Positions 1-10,300 of a DNA stretch of 64,000 bases are shown here, in pieces. The DNA comes from Penicillus capitatus (Eukaryota > Plantae > Chlorophyta): positions 56,644 through 120,643 of the forward strand of contig OZ287713.1 in NCBI GenBank assembly GCA_965649825.1, given 5' to 3'. Every line of letters starts with the position of its first letter. Within the stretch, counting starts at the first letter, position 1. The notes under the pieces were generated by a model that searched no databases, had not been told where the DNA came from, and saw nothing but the letters and a program-made list of their open reading frames with translations. Made by a program: the position numbers and the translations under genes.

Positions 1-439
1 CTCGTGGACGTCGTCGATTCTACTGTGTGCTGTGAGACGAAATGGAACGTGGAAGACCGTACCTTCTCCGAGCCGCAAAAACATGAGCCGAGGCCAGAAT
101 TGCGGTAAATCATACCTAATAACAATGTGTTTCTTATGCTTACCCTCTAGGCCATATTTGCCGAGCATGCGTGTGGCGACGCCCCAGTACCGGCCGAGGA
201 CGTGCCGCACCCGCTACCCGAGGACGTCCCCGTTACGGCTCGGCGTCGTCCGCGTCCTAATTGGACTCGCGTTCCCTCTCCCCGCACATCAGAGGGCAAC
301 AATGAGTTCGCCGCCTCAGAGACCCGAACGAAGAGCAAAGACTGAGGCGCGTCAACGCATCCGGGTAAACCACCAACTCTTTTTTTCTTTTCTTACCTTT
401 CCTCAGGCCTACTACACAAGAAGATGTGAAAGACAAGCG

Positions 440-530
440 CCGCCTCCATCCCCCACCATTCCCCTTCCCCACCATTCCCCTTCCCCTCCATCCCCCTTCC
501 CCCACCATTTCCCCTTCCCCTCCACTCCCC
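440..530. repeat. C-rich low-complexity tract (CCCCTT/CCCACCATT units), G-run rich on the minus strand
   Basis: More than 10 runs of 3-5 C separated by short TT/ATT spacers. Confidence 0.85.
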
Positions 531-571
531 ATCGTCGGCATCGCGGACGCCGACATCGCCGCCGGCGGCAC

Positions 572-720
572 GAAGTCGAGGGAGGCGGGGACATCCCGAA
601 CAAAGTCGAGGGAGGCGGGGACATCCCGCACAAAGTCGAGGGAGGCGGGGACATCCCGCACAAAGTCGAGGGAGGCGGGGACCACCCGCACGAAGTCGAT
701 GGGGACGACCACCCGCAAGG
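572..720 (+). repeat. 30-bp tandem repeat AAGTCGAGGGAGGCGGGGACATCCCGCACA, four copies plus one degenerate copy
   Basis: Units at 573, 603, 633 and 663, with a decayed unit at 693. They translate as (VEGGGDIPHK)n or (SREAGTSRTK)n. Confidence 0.95.
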
Positions 721-1058
721 GCGAGATAGATCGAGGGCCGCCACCGCCCCCATGCCCGCACCCCGACGGCGACGGCGCCGACGCCGAACCCCCCGTGCCG
801 GCCGACGGCGCCGACGCCCTTCTTCGTAGACGTCGGCGTCATGAGTGCCGTCATTGGAATCGCACTCCCTCTCCCCGCACATCAGAGGGCAACAATGAGT
901 TCGCCGCCACAAGAAAACCCCGACCGAAGAGCGAAGAGCGAAGACAGAAGCGACGTGACGTCTACGATTACGTTCACTGCCGTCACAGATGAGTTCACCA
1001 CCTCGAAGACCCGAACAAAGAGCGAAGACAGAAGCGCGTCGGCGCATCCCGACGAAGA

Positions 1059-1760
1059 ATGAGCGGCGCAAGGCGAGGTCGAGGGCGTCGTACGAGTTAC
1101 CATTGGACTCGTTCGCCCTCTCCCCTCACATCGGAGGGCGACCGACGACAGACTTCCGGATCGGCATGGTGGGCATGGGGGTGGAGCTATGTGTTCCGGA
1201 CCCGAGTGCCGCCGGTGACGGCGCCGGCACCGGAGGAGGTCTGCGCGGGAGTCGCAGAGTGCCTGCCGGAACTGGTGGAGAAGGCGACCAAGCTGGGAAG
1301 ATTCGGCGCGAGCCAAATATGGATCATACTTACCGACCCGACAGTATGGTCAACGCAGATCAGCGACAAGCTTAAGGATCTGCTGGAATCCCTCCGTGAG
1401 GTGGAGCACGTCGCCATTGGGATCATCCTGTGGCTGGGGGTCGTAAACGGAGGAATCGCGGTCGGATTTCGGCTACGGCAACTACCGAGAGATGGCGTCG
1501 ACTGGGGCAAGAAAGGTGCCAGCATACCTGTGATACGCCTGCTGCAAGTGGGATACGACTGGCTGGCCCAGGCTGCGCCAAAGCGACGGGGCGACAAGAT
1601 GGACGCGCTCGTGGCGGCTGTCCACGGGCTCGCCGCTCGTCTCGAGGCGACCGAACCTAGGTTCGCCGCAGCGGCTGCGGCCACCGCACAAGCCTCACAG
1701 GACCGCCGCCGTCCGTTCTGCAGATGCTCAGCGCCACAGGACCATCCATCCGAGTACTGA
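1059..1760 (+). CDS. Hypothetical ORF (233 aa), no recognisable family
   Basis: Stop-free 700 nt with a helical-looking product. It overlaps antisense with the 2OG-oxygenase fragment, so it may be a shadow ORF or element-derived. Confidence 0.3.
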   Translation: MSGARRGRGRRTSYHWTRSPSPLTSEGDRRQTSGSAWWAWGWSYVFRTRVPPVTAPAPEEVCAGVAECLPELVEKATKLGRFGASQIWIILTDPTVWSTQISDKLKDLLESLREVEHVAIGIILWLGVVNGGIAVGFRLRQLPRDGVDWGKKGASIPVIRLLQVGYDWLAQAAPKRRGDKMDALVAAVHGLAARLEATEPRFAAAAAATAQASQDRRRPFCRCSAPQDHPSEY

Positions 1761-2029
1761 ACACTCGCACACTCGTACCTCTGCTTCACAGCATCTGGCA
1801 GTGTCTAGAAGACAGAGCGTCAAGGGGAGAGACAGGGTGGCATTAGACAGACGGCAAAGTCATAGGTGGCTCTCAGACACTGTGCACGCATTTCCAACAG
1901 TCCAGGGACGTTTGAGATGACGACGGCTCCACAGTGACGCGCTTTGTCGATGACTTGAAGCAGAGCTGCGCTTCCTTTGGTGTCATGGAGATTTTGAAAC
2001 GTCAAGTGCGGGACAGAGAAATCATCCAT
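1700..2029 (-). pseudogene. 5' fragment of a 2OG-Fe(II) oxygenase (isopenicillin N synthase-like) gene; recognisable homology stops after about 90 aa
   Basis: A GT-AG intron at 1805-1852 joins ...GAVVISNVPGLLEMRAQCLRATYDFA to TLPDAVKQRYECASVQYSDGWSCGAEHLQNGR. This matches the plant family pattern VKDVPG..LRQNLL..LAGLPEEVK.ELED...YNFGWSHGKEKLESG. Confidence 0.6.
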
Positions 2030-2059
2030 CGTGTGCGCAACGTCTTCCGATCGATCGTG

Positions 2060-3573
2060 ATGAATGCGCGATGGATGACGCGGCTCGAAGGCGTGCTACG
2101 ACAACTGGACGATCGACGTCTCAAACGATCGCATACGACGCAGCATCCGGAACGAGGGGATCCCCTCCACGTGTCCACACCGAAAGTCACGAACGTGATT
2201 CGAAGGGCTTGGGCTAGGTTGTGGAGGAGACGCCAGAAGGTCAATGCAGTTATACCGTGTTTGCTTCGAATGACTACCTGGGACTCGCTGCACATCCAGA
2301 AATTCGCGAAACTGCTGCGCAAGCTGCAAGAGCGTATGGTATGGGTCCCAGATCTTCGGCCCTTGTCACAGGATACACACATCTCCATGCGAAACTCGAG
2401 AGTAAACTGGCACAGCTGGTGTGCAAGGAATGTGCTCTGCTCTTTCCCACGGGTGGGTGATCGATGCATGGAGACGGCGTCGGAAGAGGCTGAGCGAGTG
2501 CGTGTTGGTCTGCGCACAGGATACGCGACGAACATGTCTGTGTTGGGAGTCTTGTCCGAGACAGAGCCTGTGTCCATCTTCTCGGACGCTCGAAACCATG
2601 CATCGATCATCGATGGCGCAAGACTGGCCGCACGGAACGGTGCAACAGTCCATATATACAGGTCACTCACTTAATGTGCGTCTTCATCTGTTCCAAGACG
2701 ATGTTGCAATTCTGCGTCAGGCATAACGATCTGGCACATCTGGAGGAGCTTCTTGCGCAATGCCCTCTGGAGCACAGAATCGTAGTGACAGAGAGTCTCT
2801 TCAGTATGGACGGCGATTTTGCTGATCTTAGAGTACGATGCACGAGTTCTTATCCTATCCCAACGACGGTGCTGCAGGGACTGATGCACCTTAAGCATCG
2901 CTACGGGTTCCTCTTTGTCGTCGACGAGGCCCATGCCGTGCTTGTCGCTGGCGACAATGGAGGCGGCATTAGTGAACGCGATGGTGTTCAAGCACATGTC
3001 ATCACACGTTGTCGCCGCTCAGATCGCCGATGGATGATGCATTTCAGGTGGACGTCATCGTTGGGACACTGAGCAAAGCGTTTGGCCTGATGGGCGGTTT
3101 TGTATGCACGAGTCGAATCGTGCGAACAATTTTGGCCTCGAGAGGTAGAGGACACATCTTCTCGACCTCTCTTCCACTGCCCATCGTTGCTGCCGCCATC
3201 CATGCCATCGATCTGTCACATCGCGAATCGTGGCGGCGGAAACATCTTCATCAACTCATGCATCGCCTGTGCACACATCTCGACCTCCCAGTGATCAGTT
3301 GGATCGTCCCGCTCATTATTGGATCGGCCGAAAAGGCGTTGAAAATCAGCCAAGCCGTGAAAGCCGATGGATTTTACATTCCAGCCATACGACCCCCCAC
3401 GGTACCTCCCGGAACATGTCGGTACGTCCAATCCATCTTTGCATGTTGACCCACTGACATTTTCTGTTTACAGACTTCGTATAAGCCTCTCGGCTGCACA
3501 TTCTCATCAAGACATCGACAAACTTGTCCATTCTTTAAAGCATCTGCAAGCACTGTCTGTCAAAAGAACTTGA
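2060..3573 (+). CDS. bioF: 8-amino-7-oxononanoate synthase (biotin synthesis), multi-exon
   Basis: Motifs FASNDYLGL, LLFPTGYATN, VTESLFSMDGDFA, VVDEAHA, VGTLSKA and IRPPTVP; short GT-AG introns, e.g. 2171-2217, 2453-2519, 2662-2720. Confidence 0.93.
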
Positions 3574-3617
3574 ATAATGTTCTGACGATCGAAATAGGAA
3601 AAATAAAAGCAACTGAC

Positions 3618-3622
3618 TGTAA
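3618..3622 (+). terminator. TGTAA green-algal polyadenylation signal downstream of bioF
   Basis: TGTAA about 45 nt after the stop. Similar signals follow SF3B1 (11177), DnaJ (11133-11137, minus strand) and PNG1 (19346). Confidence 0.45.
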
Positions 3623-3648
3623 CGGAAGAATCGTCAAGAATTGAGCAA

Positions 3649-4311
3649 TCATGCATTAGCTGCCTGCTTACTGGGAGTCTCTGGCGCCTCCAGTCCTGCC
3701 GCCGTCTCCGTCATCTCCTTGAAACGCGTCTTGATGGCCTCCACCGTCTCGAAATGTTCATCTTTTTTATCCTCCTTCTGAATCAGCTCACCCAAAGCGA
3801 ACGCCGTCCAATACGCGTTTTCGACATTGTACTCTTCATTCTCCGTCGTTCCAGTAAAAATCTCCGTCAGCTTCACAACGGGCATCTCAGCACCGAATGC
3901 TCGGGATTCCGCATGGGAAAAGAGAAAGACAAAGTTATCGAAACCGCATTGCGCGATCTGATAAAGAGCCAGAGCCGACGGCTCATGTACACAGAGGAAA
4001 ATGCAGTCCGCCGGGGCAGGACGTGTGTCAGGGGCGAGACTGAAGAATGCCTGTATGGCATTGAGTTCCGCCGTTGCGGTGGGGTCCTTTGTCTTCGTCT
4101 TATCGCGGCCACAAGCGACGAGCGAAAGATCCGCTTTGTGTAAAATAGCGACGCTGTAGAAGGCATCGCTTTGTTCGGCTGCCTCTGCTGCCAAACGCAC
4201 AAGGTCATCTTGTATCACTTTGAGCAAGCTTCCAATCAATGCTCCTTTGCGCATTGGACCCAGAGGACCGTAAGCGCTGCCGGAAGCAAACTTGCCAGTC
4301 TTGTTACCCAT
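3649..4311 (-). CDS. Nucleoside/guanine deaminase-like protein with a degenerate Zn site; N-terminal MGNKTGK
   Basis: Intronless. AILHKADLSLV, TAELNAI, FLCVHEPSALAL, GFDNFVFLFSHAESR and ENAYWTAF align by eye with the family pattern AAILRKSDLSLV/HGEVH/THEPCSLC/GFDNFYYLFSHEDSR/NAFW. Confidence 0.8.
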   Translation of the reverse strand: MGNKTGKFASGSAYGPLGPMRKGALIGSLLKVIQDDLVRLAAEAAEQSDAFYSVAILHKADLSLVACGRDKTKTKDPTATAELNAIQAFFSLAPDTRPAPADCIFLCVHEPSALALYQIAQCGFDNFVFLFSHAESRAFGAEMPVVKLTEIFTGTTENEEYNVENAYWTAFALGELIQKEDKKDEHFETVEAIKTRFKEMTETAAGLEAPETPSKQAANA

Positions 4312-4381
4312 GCCGGACGGAAGCGGAGATGCGAAGAGAAGATGGCAGAGCGAAGATAAATATACACCACAAATGGTCGTT

Positions 4382-5698
4382 CTAAGCAATCATGCTCTGT
4401 AAGGCGTATGTCAGAATTTCGCGCGCGCCTTGACGTTGACATTGAGGGACGATCTCTCGCGCTGTCTTTTCGTCGACCACGACCTCGATTGCAACAAAAT
4501 GCGAATCGAGCAGAGGTGAGATCGTCGGCGAGAGCGACGAAGGCACAAGGGAACAGATCTAAAAAGATGAACAAGACGACAGGGCAACGAACGAAGGGAC
4601 CTCACCTGATCGATATTCTCCCGTGGGGCATTCATCTTCAGCCCTACCCGACGACGTCCAGCAATGGCGCCTTTGAGCAGAAGAGCGATATCCTCGATCT
4701 TGCATCGCTTTTCGGGATCCGCCCAAGAGTCACGGTTCGCAATCAGACGTGCCGTTGTGTGCATGATCGTATCGATGATGCGTAGCTTGTTGGCTTGGAG
4801 ACTCGTCCCTGTCTCAGTAATGTCCACGATCGCCGAGACCCCAGGAACACGAGCCTTGACCTCTGTTGCTCCCCAGCTGAACTCCACCTTCTTCACACGG
4901 ATGCCTCTCTCATCGAAGAATCTAAGAAAGCCCTCGATGCGTGCTATGACGATGAAATAGACCTGCGTGTTGTGTTCACGAGTTCCGAGACAATGATGCC
5001 ATCTTCCAGATCGTCGACGGTTCGCACGGGGCTGTTCTCATCGACTGCGATGACCCATCGGGCTGAACGCGTTGTGGATTTGGAATAGAGCAGCTCGCAG
5101 ACTTCGACAACATCCGCATTGCTCTCGTTTATCCAATCCAAGCCACAGATCCCAACATCGAGCAGTCCATCTTCGATATAGCGCCTAAGCACAGCACATG
5201 TCGTGTGTGCAATGCAGAAAGCATCCTTTTACGGAATCTCTTGAGATCGAAAGAGCACGAGATTAATGCCGTCATCGTCAATGCCTGGGAAATAGCTGCG
5301 TTCTGACATCTTGAGCTTGAACCCTGTTTATGGCGCGCCTTGCCCCGAGACAACATCTGTGGGTGATGCTTACCTGCCCGTTGGAAAAGATCTTCCGTGC
5401 TTTGCTGAAGACTGCCCTTGGGGAATCCAAACTTTACAACGGAGGCATTTGTACTGTTGCTGTTGTTGCTGATCCATTGCTTCTCTATGTGCGTCGTTGC
5501 CCTGTCCTTCTTGGTCTTCTGTTCTGCTTCGACCGAAAAGCGTCTGACCGAACGGACGGATACTTTGCTTCTCCTTCTTTCGCTGCAACGTGCGCGTCTG
5601 TGTCGTCGACACGGGGTTCGAGTTCTGCATTGTGCGCGAAGGATGGATGGAGTTGCAGGTTTTGAGCAAGACGGACGCGCCGTCATCCGCATGGACAT
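4382..5698 (-). CDS. hisG: ATP phosphoribosyltransferase, long form, with a probable plastid transit peptide (start uncertain)
   Basis: Motifs [40 protein letters not shown] and C-terminal SPTISPL...VAIEVVVDE after splicing; 4 short GT-AG introns. Confidence 0.9.
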
Positions 5699-5830
5699 TG
5701 AGGTCATTCGAAATAACGATGGACATCGAAGGCGACATGACAGATTGTCACATCTGTTGCGCCGCCGCACGGGCGCGTGGAAACGCGGACGACGTCGAAC
5801 GCCTGTCGTCTAACAAAGACTGTCTGAACA

Positions 5831-7140
5831 ATGGACGCCTGGAATTTAGACGGTGGACCAAAGGCATGTGTCGCATTACACACTGACGCGTCACTCCGCC
5901 TTTCCTCGGTCAAGTGCGCGATGAAGTTCAGATGTGACAGTGCCATGTCCTCACACTCCTTCCACATGCGCAGGCTCCGAACGCGACGTGAACAAACGCA
6001 GAAGCTGTTACCAAACCCTCCGCGGGCTGGCCAAGAGTCGAGACATGGGCCTCCCTACTCATGCTTCATTTTCTGTGCGGTTCATCCATCCCGGTCAACC
6101 CACACTTTATCGGGGTCTTACGTCTCTGGTAAGGCGACTCTGCAGTGGCGTATCGATATTTTCCAAACTTCACTACAAAAAACAAAGACGTTTTCCAAAA
6201 GGGAGAAGACATGGAGAATGTAGAAACCCGGAATCCGTTAAACTACGCAGATCCTACAGATGCGTCAAGGTTTATCTACTTCCCCTCTAGCATATTACGA
6301 CCGTTTGTTTGTGCAACATATGCTTCGCAGCGTCTGTGAAGCGATGCCGTCTTCTTCTTCAGAACCGGAAGAGAGAAGAACAATAAATTCGCAAAGACGG
6401 AAAGTAAGTACTCTCATTCTCAAAAAGAACTTACCGAATGATGTGTGTGTCTCAGAGAACGCGGATTGATATAGACCGGAAGCACGCAGCAACGCTAGCA
6501 AACCTGTGTGCAAGGAACTCGGGAATAAACTCGCAGAAATCAAGGTAGGCGGCAACTTCGTTTCTTTGCAAGTGCCGTTCGACTAAGTGTGTTCGTAGCG
6601 TTTGTTCGAAGACATTGAAGGACTCCTGACGGAAGATTCGCCGCAACACAGCGAACCGCCACCGCTGCTCCGAGAGGGCTGGCCGCAACACGGCGAACCG
6701 CCAGCGCCGCTCCTGTCAGACGCGACCAGACATCGAAAAGCACCACCATCGAGGATGCCACGTGCTTCGCCGCCAAAAAATTTAGAAGAATAAGGTTTTT
6801 TTAACTGACCTGTGTGTGTAGAGACTCCGACTGCCCAATGCGTCGAAGACCTTTGATGTTGGATTGAGTAACGTGTGGTTCCAGACAACAGAAGACCATG
6901 TCAGAACCTTCTTTAGCGACTGTGGAGCCGTCGTGAGAGTCCGTTTAGGTAAGATATGCTAGTAATAAAGTGAAATGTGTGCTTTTTCCTTTAGATCTGA
7001 ACGCCGATGGACGACGAACCGGGCGTGGAAGAGTGTGCTTCGAGAAAGAGTCCGCAAGAAAACAAGCTTTGGAGACAAAGAACAATAGTCTTCCGAACAA
7101 TAGAAATATCTTTGTTCACAAAGTGAAGGACGAAATGTAA
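5831..7140 (+). CDS. RRM-domain RNA-binding protein; 5' exons uncertain
   Basis: Last exons give VGLSNVWFQTTEDHVRTFFSDCGAVVRVRL/DLNADGRRTGRGRVCFEKESARKQALETKNN..RNIFV (RNP2/RNP1-like), stop at 7138-7140. The upstream exon chain could not be fully resolved. Confidence 0.55.
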
Positions 7141-7341
7141 AATTCGCTTTCGAGTAAATGAACCTTTTAGCGTCATCTGATGATCTGTAACGCGATCGAC
7201 TCGTTTGCCGTTGACTGTTCTCTGTGAACGAGCCGTTAGCAGCTTACCGTTCCGACGGTAAACAAACTGTTTTTTAAATCGCTCATTTTTAATTAGAAAA
7301 TTTAACAATTCCTTGAATACTTATTCAGCGCGTTGATTTAC

Positions 7342-10300
7342 ATGGCGGAGAGCGACGCGTCGAACAAAAAGGGCGCTGAGTACGATACCGAACTCTATGA
7401 TTCGAAGGACAAGTTTTCAGGGTACGTCGACGCGATCGAGGTCGACGACAACGATGAGGATAACGACAACGATAACGACCGTGCAACGCAGCGTAAGAGA
7501 GAAAAACGCATCAAAGCGGCACAGCGGGAAGTACCTCAGATGGAAGACGAAGGGGCGGAACCCGAAGTGTGCAGCCCGTCACTGACAACACGGGCACAGC
7601 GACGTACGTGTGTGCATTCCTGTAGTTTCAGAGTTTCACGATGCCGCGCAAAATCATTGAACGCGAGACGGACTACCAGAAGCGCAAGTATGGACGACAG
7701 ATGTCACCGGAACGCCAGGATGCCTATGCGATGGGCGACCACACGCCAGACGCAAATGTCCGTTCGTATGCCGACACCATGAAGCAACAGATGTTGGATA
7801 TGGAACGCGAGAACACCATGCGCAACATCGCAGAGAAGAGACGGGACGAAACGGAAACGAAAAGGAGCCTCTGGGACAAACCGTACTCGGAAGAGTGACC
7901 ATACCTGTCACATCAGTATTGCATCTCTTTGTCGTTGTGGTTTAGGAAGCCGCGCAAGAATCGTGATTGGAATGATGTCGAGGCGACCCCGACGCCATCT
8001 GGGAGTCGTCGATGGGACACGACGCCTGGATTCGAAGAGACGCCCAAAAAGAACAGATGGGACGAGTCTCCTGCTCTTAAACGCAAAGATATTGACGAAG
8101 CTGCAGCCATGGCGACGAAGAAGTCGAGATCTCGCTGGGACGAGACGCCTGTTGCCAAGGGGGCTGCTCCCATGTTGGGTGCGACGCCAGTGTTGGGACC
8201 CGGCGATGCGACACCGATGATGACACCAAGCATGTTTAGTTTCACACCGATTCCCGGAATGGAGACCCCTTCGGCGGCTGGCATGCCCCAAGTGCCGTTG
8301 ACGCCAGAACAGTATCAACAGGCCAGATGGGAACGGGAGATAGAGGAACGCAACCGACCGTTGACAGATGAAGATCTGAATGCGATTCTGCCGGGCGAGG
8401 AGGAAGGTTACAAAGTGCTGGAAGCTCCAGCTGGATATCAGCCCGTACGTACTCCTGCCAGGAAACTCATGGGCACACCCAGTCCCTATGTTGGAGGTCC
8501 CATGTACAACATCCCCGAAGAAACAACGATGGCAGTGCCAGAAGTGCCCCCGACGCCAGAGGATTTACCAGACATGAAGCCGGAAGATGTCCAGATGTTT
8601 GGCAAACTGCTGCAGGATGTGGACGAGGAGGAACTGAGCGTCGAAGAAGCCAAGGAGCGCAAGATCATGAAACTCTTGCTCAAAGTGAAGAACGGCACAC
8701 CGCCGCAGCGCAAGTCTGCCTTGAGGCAGCTCACGGACAAGGCCAGAGAACTGGGGGCCGGTCCAATGTTCAATCAGATCCTGCCGCTGCTTATGCAGCC
8801 CACACTGGAAGACCAGGAACGTCACCTGCTGGTCAAAGTGATCGATCGTGTGATGTTCCGATTGGATGAATTGGTGCGTCCTTACGTGCACAAGATCCTT
8901 GTGGTCATTGAGCCACTGTTGATCGATGAAGACTACTATGCACGGGTCGAAGGACGCGAGATCATTGCCAACCTGTCGAAGGCTGCAGGACTGCCGTCGA
9001 TGATCGCAGCCATGAGGCCAGATATCGACAACATCGATGAGTACGTGCGAAACACGACGGCCAGGGCATTCAGTGTCGTGGCATCGGCGCTCGGCATTCC
9101 GAAGCTCATTCCCTTCCTCAAGGCTGTCTGTCTGTCCAAGAAATCGTGGCAGGCGCGCCACACGGGGATCAAAATCGTCCAGCAGATTGCCATTCTCGTG
9201 GGCGTCGCCGTCCTGCCCCATCTGAAATCCATGGTCGACATCATCAAACATGGACTGGAGGACGAGAACCAAAAGGTTAAGACCATCACGGCCCTGTCTC
9301 TCGCGGCCTTGGCTGAGGCCGCGGCGCCGTACGGCATTGAGAGCTTCGACGATGTGCTGGAGCCTCTGTGGAAGGGCATCCGGACGCTCCGTGGCAAAGT
9401 CCTGGCCGCCTTTCTCAAAGCCATCGGTTTCATTATCCCTCTCATGGACGCGCAGTATGCCAACGACTACACCCGAGAGGTCATGTTCGTTTTGCTGAGA
9501 GAGTTCCAGACGCCGGACGAAGAGATGAAGAAGATTGTACTGAAGGTCGTGAAGCAGTGTGTCCTGACAGAAGGCGTGGAGGCACAGTACATTAAGGACG
9601 ACATTCTCTCTGAATTCTTTCGCTGTTTCTGGGTGCGTCGTATGGCATTGGATCGCCGTAACTACCGTCAGTTGGTCGATACAACCGTTGCATTGGCAGA
9701 AAAGGTTGGCTGTTCTGAGATTGTGGGTCGCGTTGTCGAAGATCTGAAGGACGAATCGGAGCCTTACCGTCGCATGGTGGTCGAGACCATCGACAAGGTC
9801 ATCACCAAATTGGGCACCGCCGACCTCGATGCGCGATTGGAGGAGTTGCTGATCGATGGCATTCTCTATGCTTTCCAGGAGCAGATCAGCGACGACGCCC
9901 AGGTGATGTTGAATGGATTCGGCACCGTCATCAATTCCCTCAATCTCCGTTCCGCTCCTTACCTCCCCCAAATCTGTGGCACCATCAAATGGAGACTGAA
10001 CAACAAGGCGGCAAAGATCCGCCAACAGGCGGCCGATTTGATCTCGCGCATCGCCATCACGATGAAGGAGTGCAAAGAGACACAGCTCTTGGGACATCTG
10101 GGAGTGGTGCTGTACGAGTACTTGGGCGAAGAGTATCCAGAAGTGCTGGGTTCCATTCTGGGTGCACTGAAGAGTATCGTCAATGTGATGGGAATGGACA
10201 AAATGACGCCGCCCATCAAAGACCTGTTGCCACGTTTGACGCCCATTCTGAAGAACCGTCACGAAAAGGTCCAGGAGAATTGCATCGATCTGGTCGGTCG

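Larger units (their letters stand above)
259..1140 (+). repeat. Dispersed degenerate repeat family: ATTGGA...CCCTCTCCCCGCACATCAGAGGGCAACAATGAGTTCGCCGCC plus an MSSPP-RP-RAK-EAR module
   Basis: Near-identical motif at about 259-355 and 851-950; partial copies at 986-1050 (ATG module) and 1101-1140 (upstream module). Confidence 0.8.

Noticed and set aside
572-720. Possible CRISPR array
   Set aside because: The 30-bp units are directly adjacent with no unique spacers, there are no cas genes, and the context is eukaryotic.
1270-1560. Downstream 2OG-oxygenase motifs (WRSLGQ..AYH, LGRLLHQF)
   Set aside because: Spacing does not match the family, the Fe-binding motifs are absent, and LGRLLHQF is the codon-aligned antisense of the plus-strand ORF; treated as probable chance.
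2060-5698. Bacterial operon or contaminant (bioF, deaminase, hisG)
   Set aside because: bioF and hisG carry spliceosomal introns and the strands are mixed; they are flanked by SF3B1 and other eukaryotic genes.
9040-9420. SF3B1 hotspot substitutions that might explain unusual splicing
   Set aside because: Residues equivalent to human E622, R625, H662, K666 and K700 are conserved; RGKV at the G742 position is the plant-type state.
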